IMG/VR virus record: IMGVR_UViG_3300018080_000116
Span: 1-64,000 of that record
Strand: one strand, 5' to 3'
DNA from: a virus
Length of the DNA stretch: 64,000 nucleotides
The notes under the pieces are model-generated. The model did not search any database. It saw nothing but the letters and a program-made list of their open reading frames with translations, and was not told the origin of the DNA. Both the position numbers and the translations under genes were made by a program. This document shows, piece by piece, positions 8,447-16,963 of this stretch. How positions within the stretch are numbered: position 1 is the stretch's first letter; the number at the start of each line of letters is the position of its first letter.

Positions 8447-9477
8447 TGGTCCAAGACAATTGTGCTATTGGGTTTTGTGCCAAGACCGAGCCATTGTTTG
8501 TGTAGGACGATAGGTCCACAGCCATCGAATTCTTCAGGTGTGTAATCGTCACAGGCGTCATTATCCAACCCCAAGGCCCTTTTTGTTTCTTGGACTAGAA
8601 CCTTTTCTAAATTACCGTAGTATCTATATCGGTAGTTGGCCTCGAAATAAGCCTTCATCTTGGGCTTGTTGTTCGATCTCATGTTCTTTTGTGCATTGTT
8701 GGGCAACAGGTGTTTGACGTTCTCGGAAAGATCGAAATAATGAATCGGGTGGTGTCTCAACCACACTCCGAGGGATTTTGTGGTGGTTGCTCCCGCCACG
8801 TGGAGGGGGCCTGAATCTATCCCGATAAAGAGCGCCGACTTCTGAATAAGGGCGGCAATTGTGCTGGCATCACCCGTCCCCGTGTTGCCCCATATCTTTT
8901 CTTTCTTACCAGGGCGAAAGATGGTCTTTGTGTTGGGCAGTGTGCTACGGCCATCCCAGTCCATAACGATGACAACATAACCCGCAGCGATTACGCTGCG
9001 GGTTACTGCTTTGGTTATGTGTTCGGGAATGTTTTTTCTGGAGCTAGATGTGTTGCCCTGATAGTGAATGGACACGAATCCTTTCTTCTGAGGCAGCTTC
9101 TCAAGGTATTCTTGCGCCAGTATGTTGGATTCCCTGGGAATAGGGACGGAGTATGTGTAGAGTTCAGGATCGGGTTCTAATCCAAGCTCTTGGACGAGGG
9201 ACTTGGTGACTTTTGTGGCTGGGCAATCAAAGCGGATTGTGGTATCGGGGTCGTGCCACCAAAGGTTGTACACCTTGTCATACGCTTTGGCATTTACCTT
9301 GTCTCGTTTTGTTCTATATGAGGCATTGCACAAACCATGAAAGCAAGAGTGCTTGCCCACTAGGCTCTCCACATCAACAAGCCAATTTTTTCGCTGTTGT
9401 TGTATGTGCTTGAGAACAATGGTGAGTTGGACGGCATCACCCAGACCGTGCCTGAAACGGATGAGGACTTTTTTCAT
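8431..9477 (-). CDS. Glycosyltransferase family 9 (heptosyltransferase-like)
   Basis: IRFRHGLGDAV and AALIQKSALFIGIDSGPLHVAGA. Confidence 0.8.
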   Translation of the reverse strand: MKKVLIRFRHGLGDAVQLTIVLKHIQQQRKNWLVDVESLVGKHSCFHGLCNASYRTKRDKVNAKAYDKVYNLWWHDPDTTIRFDCPATKVTKSLVQELGLEPDPELYTYSVPIPRESNILAQEYLEKLPQKKGFVSIHYQGNTSSSRKNIPEHITKAVTRSVIAAGYVVIVMDWDGRSTLPNTKTIFRPGKKEKIWGNTGTGDASTIAALIQKSALFIGIDSGPLHVAGATTTKSLGVWLRHHPIHYFDLSENVKHLLPNNAQKNMRSNNKPKMKAYFEANYRYRYYGNLEKVLVQETKRALGLDNDACDDYTPEEFDGCGPIVLHKQWLGLGTKPNSTIVLDQDISS

Positions 9478-9497
9478 GGAGGTATCTATTATAGAGC

Positions 9498-10463
9498 ATG
9501 AAGATCTTAGTAACAGGCGGTGCGGGCTTTATCGGCAGTCACCTCGTCGATTGGCTTATTAACGACGGCCATCAGGTCGTGGTGTGGGACAATCTGAGCA
9601 CCGGGAAGAAAGAGAACGTAAACCCACGAGCAGAATTTCACCAATACGACGTAGCACACCAGCTACAAGTAGATTTGGATTTTGAGGTCATCTTTCACAT
9701 GGCAGCGTTGGCTCGAATCCAGCCCAGTTTCGATCACCCCTTCACCACCCACGATGTCAATGTGACGGGCACTGTTAATATGCTGGAGAAGGCACGGTTG
9801 TGTGGAGCACGCTTCGTGTATCCAGGCTCTAGTTCATTCTATCACAACCCTCACGCAAACCCGTACACCTGCACCAAATGGATCGGTGAAGAATACTGCA
9901 AGATGTACCATGAAGTGTTCGGTGTGCCGGTCGCCATTGCACGGTTCTTTAACGTCTACGGTCCTCGGCAGATTGAAGAGGGTGCCTATGCAACAGTTAT
10001 CGGCATCTTTGAGAAGCAGATGCGGGAGGGCAAACCACTCACGATTACCTGGGCGGGCAAGCAACGCCGGGATTTCACTCACGTCAGTGACATCGTGTCC
10101 GCATTGATCCTAATGGGCCAAAAAGATTTGTGCGGAGAGATTTTCAACCTCGGCACAAATGTTAATTTTTCAATTAACGAAGTCGCTGGGATTTTTAAAC
10201 TAAATGCTGGGATTTTTGAAGAGGCTGGGATTTTTGACGTGTCTCCCCACGACCTATATCTCATGCTCAAGGAGTCGAGTGAAGTTGTATATCTCCCCCG
10301 CCGCCCCGGCGAGGCCATCAACACGCTCGCCGATATAAAATTTACAACGGAAAAACTAGGGTGGAAGCCACGAGTCAGCCTGCGAGATTACATTGCCAGG
10401 GTAGTCCGAGAAATGGAGCCCGACCCGCCGCAGATGGGCCTGTTTTTGAGGTCGAAAACCTGA
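9498..10463 (+). CDS. NAD-dependent NDP-sugar epimerase/dehydratase (GalE-like)
   Basis: ILVTGGAGFIGSHL, YxxxK (YTCTK), ARFFNVYGPRQ, RRDFTHVSD. Confidence 0.9.
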   Translation: MKILVTGGAGFIGSHLVDWLINDGHQVVVWDNLSTGKKENVNPRAEFHQYDVAHQLQVDLDFEVIFHMAALARIQPSFDHPFTTHDVNVTGTVNMLEKARLCGARFVYPGSSSFYHNPHANPYTCTKWIGEEYCKMYHEVFGVPVAIARFFNVYGPRQIEEGAYATVIGIFEKQMREGKPLTITWAGKQRRDFTHVSDIVSALILMGQKDLCGEIFNLGTNVNFSINEVAGIFKLNAGIFEEAGIFDVSPHDLYLMLKESSEVVYLPRRPGEAINTLADIKFTTEKLGWKPRVSLRDYIARVVREMEPDPPQMGLFLRSKT

Positions 10464-10477
10464 GTCCGTATGTATAA

Positions 10478-10610
10478 GCGCCAGCCCCCGGCGATGCGCA
10501 CTGTATTGCGCTTAGGCGCACTTCGCTGCGCTTCGTGCGCCTATTGCGCAGCGATTGCGCATTTCATTGCGCTTTGTTTGCACAGGGGGACACTTTCTAT
10601 CCCTTTGCGC
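10478..10610. repeat. GCGC array containing three GCGCA-N6-TGCGC 16-bp palindromes
   Basis: GCGC at 10478, 10496, 10508, 10516, 10528, 10537, 10546, 10557, 10569 and 10607; palindromes at 10496-10511, 10516-10531 and 10557-10572. Confidence 0.8.
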
Positions 10611-10613
10611 AGA

Positions 10614-10772
10614 TCACTTGGGCGGCTTCAAGAGCCAGATTTGGTCGAGTTTTCGAGCACGCTGCTGAAAGACTGGACCATCGGCATGTTGCTCCTTAAA
10701 CTGCTTGGCTTGCTTCGAGCCTACGCCGTGTCGGTGGAGGATGTTCGTGTACTGAATGACGAGCGGTTTCAT
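10614..10772 (-). CDS. Small basic hypothetical protein (52 aa, MKPLVIQYTNILHRH...), absent from the ORF track
   Basis: ATG with a GGGAGAG RBS, TGA stop, divergent from the first class I promoter. Confidence 0.5.
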   Translation of the reverse strand: MKPLVIQYTNILHRHGVGSKQAKQFKEQHADGPVFQQRARKLDQIWLLKPPK

Positions 10773-10857
10773 GGGTCTCTCCCTTCGTGAAGTGAATCTT
10801 CTACCACCTAAGTGCGCCGGGGCAGAAAGATTGTTTTAACCCTTGAAATCCGGCTAG

Positions 10858-10886
10858 TTTACAATTGCCTCGGCCTGGGCTACAAT
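10858..10886 (+). promoter_or_regulatory. Class I sigma70-type promoter; start of the plus-strand gene array
   Basis: TTTACA-17 nt-TACAAT. Confidence 0.75.
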
Positions 10887-10923
10887 TTGGATGGCTACAT
10901 TGTTCCAGCATGGAGGAAGAGTT

Positions 10924-11181
10924 GTGCAATACGCATTGAATTGCTGCACGTACACCGAGAGCCACGAGGGTGGCCAGCATACGTACACGTTTACTGGCCG
11001 GTGTGTGGTGACCGGGAAGCAGCATAGTGTAACGGTGCCCGCCGAGGGCCTGTTTCGCTACCACCAGGGAGCCCATATTCAGGATGCGTTCCCGAACGTC
11101 CCATCGGAGGATCGTGAGTTTCTCAAGTCGGGAATCTCACCGGAAGGATGGGCCAAGACGTTTGCCCACGATCCAGAATAA
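10924..11181 (+). CDS. Hypothetical phage-type protein
   Basis: GGAGG before GTG 10924; HIQDAFPNVPSEDREFLKSGISPEGW resembles a common small phage family. Confidence 0.6.
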   Translation: MQYALNCCTYTESHEGGQHTYTFTGRCVVTGKQHSVTVPAEGLFRYHQGAHIQDAFPNVPSEDREFLKSGISPEGWAKTFAHDPE

Positions 11182-11202
11182 AATCCAAACTCGGAGGCGA
11201 GC

Positions 11203-11748
11203 ATGGTTAAAGGCAGTCCGTACAACCGACCCAACCCTGGGCCTCGAACAAACCCGTTGACGACGCATATCAACGCTGGCATCCCGGCCAACAGTTTCAT
11301 TAAGGCCAAGGCCGAGATCGGTAGCTACGAGGATTGTGAAGCGTTCCTCGACAACAAGAATGAACGGAAGGTCGCCTCGAACGTGACGATCCGCAAGGTG
11401 CGACCGCACTTCGGTGGCGACGGTCCCCACCGTTATGACAACGGAACCGAGTGTGTGTACTGTGGCGAGCCCAAGAGCCTGGACAGGCCCTCGTTCGCCG
11501 TCAAGCTGTACGGCACCGACATCATCATTTATCACCCGGACGGCACCTTTGAGTTTGACAATGGCGGCTTCAACACGCCGACCACGGCGACTCGTGCTTG
11601 TCAGTTCGGTCCTACCGGCTGGCGATTCGGCCATCACAAGAAAAAGCTGCACGCTTGGAAAACTGACTGTGGAAGTCATTGCCAGGGATGCGGTCCCATC
11701 GACGTGAAGACCGGCGAGCCCCGACACGATGACGTGGAGGTTGCGTGA
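11203..11748 (+). CDS. Hypothetical phage-type protein
   Basis: GGAGG RBS; VKLYGTDIIIYHPDG...DNGGFNTPTT. Confidence 0.6.
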   Translation: MVKGSPYNRPNPGPRTNPLTTHINAGIPANSFIKAKAEIGSYEDCEAFLDNKNERKVASNVTIRKVRPHFGGDGPHRYDNGTECVYCGEPKSLDRPSFAVKLYGTDIIIYHPDGTFEFDNGGFNTPTTATRACQFGPTGWRFGHHKKKLHAWKTDCGSHCQGCGPIDVKTGEPRHDDVEVA

Positions 11749-12856
11749 TGCCTTTGCTAATCAGTTGCCGACAAGGGAACGGTGGGTTTCCACAAAGAAC
11801 CACGAGCAACGCCCGCTCGCTGGTTGAGGGCCTTTTGCCGAGACTCAGTAGGCCCGCATTTTCTCTAGGTCTGTGGCAAGTGAGATTCGCAACACGATCC
11901 CCGCAAGGCAGACCCGACCTGCTTGACTTCATTTCAATCTACGAAACGGATGATCCACAACTTGATCCTGGCGATTGCAAGTTCGTTTTGGAGTGGTCGA
12001 GTCGTTCTGGTTGGCGAATAATGAGCCAGGAGGATTTTGACTACATTGTGGGAACAGCATGATCGAAACCATCGAACGAGTGAGGCGGTTGGGCAAGTAC
12101 GACGAGTGGCCGAACTGCGACTTCTGTTGCGAAGACTTCTCACTCGGTTTTAGATTTTATCTCGACGGCGATCATGGCGGCGGCACACTTTGCATCTGCG
12201 ACGGCTGCCTTGAACGTGGCAAGGGCGGTTGGCACAATGGCTGGATCAGGCAGGAGGATTTAAGTGAGTCTGCAAAGCGATTTCAACGCACAACACACCG
12301 AACAGGAGAAGGTGGCGATGCTGCTGATGATGTTCGGTTGTGACGACTCGGACATCGAGTTGTGCAGGCACGCCGATACCAGGGCGATCCACGATCACCT
12401 TACGGCGATCATGTTGACCGATGAAGTTGGGGCATTACTTCGATACTTGCGGAGTTAAAAATGAGCACGCAACACCACGAAGACACGTTGGCGATCACGC
12501 CCGAGGTTCTACGGAATATGGGTTGTGAGGAAATTGTTCCGAGCAAGGAATTCAGGTTGAAGACACCGGAGGCTCACTTCCTCATTCGCTTCCACGATGA
12601 AGGTAAACGATGTACGTTCTGCACTGTGGATGAATACGAGCGATCCGGCGATGGTCGTGTCGGCAACGCCGTCACCCACGTTTCCGAGTTGATCGGCTTT
12701 GCCAGCATGAAGGGCTACGAGGCTGGTCAGGAAGACTTGAAAGCCAAGTTTCGTCGTCTCATGGACCCTCGAAGGTGAAAAGAAAATCCATCTTCGTTCT
12801 CGTTCCCCGGCAGGCCGTCCAGGTCGCCGCAGGCCCTCGGCCCCGAAAAAAAAAAG

Positions 12857-12889
12857 ACTGAACCTTTTTCGGTTTCGTGTGTATAAGGG
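12857..12889 (+). promoter_or_regulatory. Class II promoter
   Basis: ACTGAACCTTTTTCGGTTTCGTGTGTATAAGGG with an A10 tract upstream. Confidence 0.7.
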
Positions 12890-12922
12890 TCTGGAACCCT
12901 TGTTTCCAGGGAGTATAACCGC

Positions 12923-13342
12923 ATGAAAGTGAAATGTTTGGCCTGCAATACGGAATTCGAGCCGGTTATCAAGCGGACCCGAGATGGACGAGAAATCGAG
13001 TGTCACGTTTGCCATCGACGGTATCGCCATGCCCCAACCAACTTGGAATGGGACAACTGGATCGGTGATCGGCGACTCGATGTTATTGAGCCCGAGAAGC
13101 TGCCGCCGATTGAAATGCTGAAATTCACTCGAAATCTGCATCGCCACTGGTTCGACACCCAGGTGAAAAGAAACGTGGTGTGGGGACCGGAGCGAACGCA
13201 GACGACCCACCCCTGCATGAAACTCATTTGGGATGAAATTCCGCCCGAGGAACAGGCGAATGACGTGGGCATGGTGTTGGACATTTTCGCCTGCCTGGAT
13301 GAAATGGGATTCAAGGTTGTGCCAAAGGATAAAAATGAATAG
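12923..13342 (+). CDS. Hypothetical protein with N-terminal zinc ribbon
   Basis: CLAC...CHVC; directly downstream of a class II promoter; GGGAG RBS. Confidence 0.6.
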   Translation: MKVKCLACNTEFEPVIKRTRDGREIECHVCHRRYRHAPTNLEWDNWIGDRRLDVIEPEKLPPIEMLKFTRNLHRHWFDTQVKRNVVWGPERTQTTHPCMKLIWDEIPPEEQANDVGMVLDIFACLDEMGFKVVPKDKNE

Positions 13343-13749
13343 GCGACCGAACCTCGCTGCCATTCTGGACGACCCGGCAAGTCGCAAAAGGCTTGTGATA
13401 CAAGCTACGGCGTTCTTGATTGGTGTGGGAAGCGACTTTGATCTTGAATACGAGGAAGCCTTGGCTCGTGCCGAAGCGGCCCATGAGGATAAAAATGATA
13501 ATCAATGAAACGGATCGGGATGGTGTTTCCACCGTCCATCGCTGCGAAGGCGAGAGGCCGTTCGCCGAGTTGTACGCCCCGAGAGTGGTCGGCAACCGCA
13601 AGTGGGGTATCAAGTACCGAGGCCCCGGCGATCAGCCGTTCGGCGACACCTTCAACGTCTGCCCCGACACCAGGGAAGCAGCGGTTGCGGAACTGGATCG
13701 CACCATGCGTGTCTGTTCCGACCATCAACTATGCTTGGAATGAAAGATA

Positions 13750-14283
13750 ATGAACGAATACTCTCCCCTCGTGTTGTGGGATGCAGCCAAGAACCCGGAC
13801 GCCGACGAGCCCGACCTGCTTGTTTCTGATGAAACTCAAGCGATTACTGTTATGCGAAACAAGCGGCAGGGCGCTTACATTCCCCGCTGGCTTTATGAGG
13901 AACCGGTTTTCTTGCGACTATGGTCGTTACTGCCCTATCGTATGGACCACGAGCCGTTTTGGGACAAGCAGTACGAGCTAATTGCGAAGGCCACCCCCTG
14001 GCCGATTAAGACCGTCAAGTGCTGCGGTCGTAAGCTGCCTCGATACATTCAGGTCGGCTCGAATTTTATGATCTACTGCGAGGTTTGCGGCTGGCATGTT
14101 TCTACTTTCACCGGCAGCAAGGAAGATATTGTCGAGCGGTGGGAGCAAAGCCTTGCACCACAACCCCATTTGGTGGAACGAGACTGGCGATCCGCTATGA
14201 TGCGGTTCCGCAAGATCAGCGAGCAATCGTCCAGTGTCACCGAGGCAGCGATCCGCTCCAATAGTCGGATCACTGTGGGTTAG
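13750..14283 (+). CDS. Hypothetical zinc-binding protein
   Basis: CCG...CEVCG; fits the gene tiling. Confidence 0.55.
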   Translation: MNEYSPLVLWDAAKNPDADEPDLLVSDETQAITVMRNKRQGAYIPRWLYEEPVFLRLWSLLPYRMDHEPFWDKQYELIAKATPWPIKTVKCCGRKLPRYIQVGSNFMIYCEVCGWHVSTFTGSKEDIVERWEQSLAPQPHLVERDWRSAMMRFRKISEQSSSVTEAAIRSNSRITVG

Positions 14284-14323
14284 CCCCCCCTTTGGAGGGG
14301 GATTGGGAATTTTAAAATTCTCA

Positions 14324-14354
14324 ACCGAACCTTTTGCCTGCTCGTGTGTATAAG
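14324..14354 (+). promoter_or_regulatory. Class II promoter
   Basis: ACCGAACCTTTTGCCTGCTCGTGTGTATAAG with AATTTTAAAATT upstream and a GCCGGGT/ACCCGGC hairpin downstream. Confidence 0.75.
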
Positions 14355-14415
14355 TGTGTGAGCCGGGTGAGACCCGGCAGGCCGGATCAGTTTCTTTCAG
14401 CAGGAAAGCAGGAAA

Positions 14416-15522
14416 ATGGCCAACTACTCCCGAAACCGTGGCCGTCGTCGCTACCCCGACCGTCAGACCGTCACCGTCAAGGTCGGCGACCTCGAAATTC
14501 CCGGCTGCGTGGTTTTCGCCTCGCAGTACCCTGGCTTTGATCCCGTTGCCAAAAAGCGGATCAAGCCCGGCGACATGATCGCCTACAAAAAGCAGACCAA
14601 CCTGACGGCGCAGCAGAAAAAGGCCCTCTGGCCGAACGGCAAGACCTACAACCTGACGGTTCTCTGGCCGCAACAGCAAGTCGCCAACGGCAATGGCGGC
14701 AAGCCCAAATTCCCGCCTTCGGAGTACCAGCAGGCGATCCGCACGACCCTCTTCGAGAGCGAAGACCATATCGTCATGCGTGCCCTCGCTGGCTCTGGCA
14801 AGACCGCTACGCTTGTGTGGCTGGTCTACGAACTGCAAGATGCAGGCCAGTTGGCAGGCAAGCAGGTGCTCTACATGGCCTTCGGCAAGCGAGATCAGAT
14901 GGACCTCGCCGACCGGCTGGCTGGCACCGGTGTCACCGTCAAGACGACGCACAGCTTCGGCTTCGGCATCCTCAAGGGCGTTCTGGGCGACCAGATGAAG
15001 CCCCGCAAGTCCAAGCAGCAGTATGGCGATATGTTCATCCGCCTGTTGTGCGACAAGGCCGACCTGGACTACTCGGCGAAGAACTTCAAGAAAGTTCGCA
15101 AGACCCAAGAGCACACGCTGCGTGGCGGCGTGTGCGAGTTGGTGAGTTACATCAAGAATTGGGCGCACTTCCCCGAACGGACCAAGGATGGGTGGGCGTT
15201 CACCGAGGAACAGAAGGATGCCATCCGCCAGTACATCGGCATGTACGAGATCGAGCGGCCCGAGGAATGGAAGGGCACCACCGAAGAGTGGGAAGACCTG
15301 CTCGTGGAATTCGCCTGCGAGATCACCTGCTTGTCGATCCCGGTTCCCGGTCAGCAATTGGTCGAGATCGCTTTCGACGACATGCTCTACCTGCCGTTGG
15401 CCCTGGGCCTCGAAATGCCCTACTTCGACTTGCTGTTCACCGACGAATCGCAGGACTTCAATGCCTGCCAAGTGCTCCTGTTGGAGCGGCTGCAAGCCGT
15501 GAAGCCTCCGAAGGGAAAATAA
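14416..15522 (+). CDS. UvrD/PcrA-like SF1A helicase, N-terminal half (motifs Q, I, Ia, Ib, II)
   Basis: SEYQQAI, ALAGSGKT, LYMAFGK, TTHSFG, LFTDESQDFN; stops 20 codons after the Walker B. Confidence 0.85.
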   Translation: MANYSRNRGRRRYPDRQTVTVKVGDLEIPGCVVFASQYPGFDPVAKKRIKPGDMIAYKKQTNLTAQQKKALWPNGKTYNLTVLWPQQQVANGNGGKPKFPPSEYQQAIRTTLFESEDHIVMRALAGSGKTATLVWLVYELQDAGQLAGKQVLYMAFGKRDQMDLADRLAGTGVTVKTTHSFGFGILKGVLGDQMKPRKSKQQYGDMFIRLLCDKADLDYSAKNFKKVRKTQEHTLRGGVCELVSYIKNWAHFPERTKDGWAFTEEQKDAIRQYIGMYEIERPEEWKGTTEEWEDLLVEFACEITCLSIPVPGQQLVEIAFDDMLYLPLALGLEMPYFDLLFTDESQDFNACQVLLLERLQAVKPPKGK

Positions 15523-15536
15523 ATTTGGAAACAGAT

Positions 15537-15564
15537 GAACCTTTCGCCCCGAGTTGTGTATAAG
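15537..15564 (+). promoter_or_regulatory. Class II promoter between the two helicase halves
   Basis: GAACCTTTCGCCCCGAGTTGTGTATAAG with AAAATAAATTT upstream and an AAGGAA RBS before ATG 15607. Confidence 0.75.
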
Positions 15565-15606
15565 GGGGCGGAAGGTTTTCATCACCCCAAACTCAAGGAA
15601 CTTGAA

Positions 15607-16896
15607 ATGCCTCGTGTCATTTGTGTCGGCGATCCTCAGCAGTCTCTTTACCGCTTTCGTGGTGCCGACTGTCACGCCTTCGAGCGGATCATCGAAATGC
15701 TCGAACGGAATGGTCGCCCCGTCACCGAGCGGCAACTGCCGATCAACTACCGTTGCGACCGGCTTGTCATCCAGCGTGGTCGCAAGTGGGTGCCCGAACT
15801 TCAAGGCAACTCCGATGCCCTGGGCACCGTGGATATTTGCACGTTCGCCGAGGCGCTTCAGCGAGTCAACAACGACGGCGTGGACATCGCTCTGCCGGAT
15901 GGCGTCGAGAGTGCCCGCCGCAGCCTCCCCCTGCCCGGCAAAGACCCGGTGTCTTTCGCCTTCCTCTGCCGCACCAACAAGGAACTGGTTGTCACCGCTT
16001 ACCAACTGACGGCGATGGCCAAGCGGTGCTGCATCCTCGGTCGTGAGTCGTTCGGCGAGCCCTTGAAGCAACTTGTGGCCCAACTGACGCACAACAAGGT
16101 GGACGAGAGGGGCCGGATTATCGAAGATACCGAGCACGAAGACTACACCAACCGGATCAGTGACAAGCGAGACCCGGAAGGCAACATCGTCGAGGAAGGT
16201 CTGTTGACCCGGCTGGCCAACTACCGCCGAGTCCAGTCCGCCAAGCTGGCTGACGAAGGCTACGAGAACAAGCTGGAAGTGCTTGTGCAAAACTGCGAGT
16301 GCCTGGAAGTTGTCGCCACCCACGTGGCCGACGATAAGGTCACCAGCGTTTTGGCCGAACTGAACAAGTTGTTCACCGATGAACCGGCCCCCGGCGTCAT
16401 TGTCCTGTCTACGGTTCACCGTGCGAAGGGCGGCGAGTGGGACGTGGTGTTCATCCTTCGCCCCGACCTTCTGCCCTTCCCCACGGCAAAGCCGAACGCT
16501 GACGGCACCGTGAGCGATGAACAGCAGCAGGAATTCAACGCCTGCTACGTGGCTGCGACCCGTGCCCGTCATCGTTTGTACTACGTCGAGAACTGGCCGT
16601 TCGGCAACATGGCTCAACGGTCGTTGCAGTTCGATGCCGAAGACATCCTTGCCATCACGCAGTATCCGGACGTTGACCCGGAAGAGTACCTCACCGATCC
16701 CGTTGCGACTCAGTACACCGAGGCAAAGCACGCCCCGGCTGAATTGAACGATGCGGCAGTCACCGAGCCGTTGCCCTACGACAAAGAGGAAGAGCCCCAC
16801 GAACGTGGTGGCATCACCAAGCGACAGTTCGGCAAGATGCTGGACGGCATGAAGGGGGAGCACGGCCCGGTTGTCGATGATGGAGAGCCGTTTTAA
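15607..16896 (+). CDS. UvrD/PcrA-like SF1A helicase, C-terminal half (motifs III-VI)
   Basis: VGDPQQSLYRFRGAD, LPINYRC, LCRTNKEL, LSTVHRAKGGEWDVV, YVAATRAR. Confidence 0.85.
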   Translation: MPRVICVGDPQQSLYRFRGADCHAFERIIEMLERNGRPVTERQLPINYRCDRLVIQRGRKWVPELQGNSDALGTVDICTFAEALQRVNNDGVDIALPDGVESARRSLPLPGKDPVSFAFLCRTNKELVVTAYQLTAMAKRCCILGRESFGEPLKQLVAQLTHNKVDERGRIIEDTEHEDYTNRISDKRDPEGNIVEEGLLTRLANYRRVQSAKLADEGYENKLEVLVQNCECLEVVATHVADDKVTSVLAELNKLFTDEPAPGVIVLSTVHRAKGGEWDVVFILRPDLLPFPTAKPNADGTVSDEQQQEFNACYVAATRARHRLYYVENWPFGNMAQRSLQFDAEDILAITQYPDVDPEEYLTDPVATQYTEAKHAPAELNDAAVTEPLPYDKEEEPHERGGITKRQFGKMLDGMKGEHGPVVDDGEPF

Positions 16897-16929
16897 CCGA
16901 ACCATCGACCTTTTGTGTGTGTCTACAAT
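16897..16929 (+). promoter_or_regulatory. Hybrid promoter-like element (class II upstream box, class I -10)
   Basis: CCGAACCATCGACCTTTTGTGTGTGTCTACAAT, ending 34 nt before the parB ATG. Confidence 0.45.
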
Positions 16930-16963
16930 CCAACGTACCCGTTTTGACCAAAGGGAGAACCCA

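Noticed and set aside
15520-15522. Stop-codon reassignment as the reason for the split helicase
   Set aside because: TAA, TAG and TGA all terminate coherent genes throughout the window, and no other gene shows an internal in-frame stop.
15535-15606. Track start of the helicase C-half at 15535
   Set aside because: That ATG lies inside the promoter motif; ATG 15607 has an AAGGAA RBS and begins right at the conserved strand before motif III.
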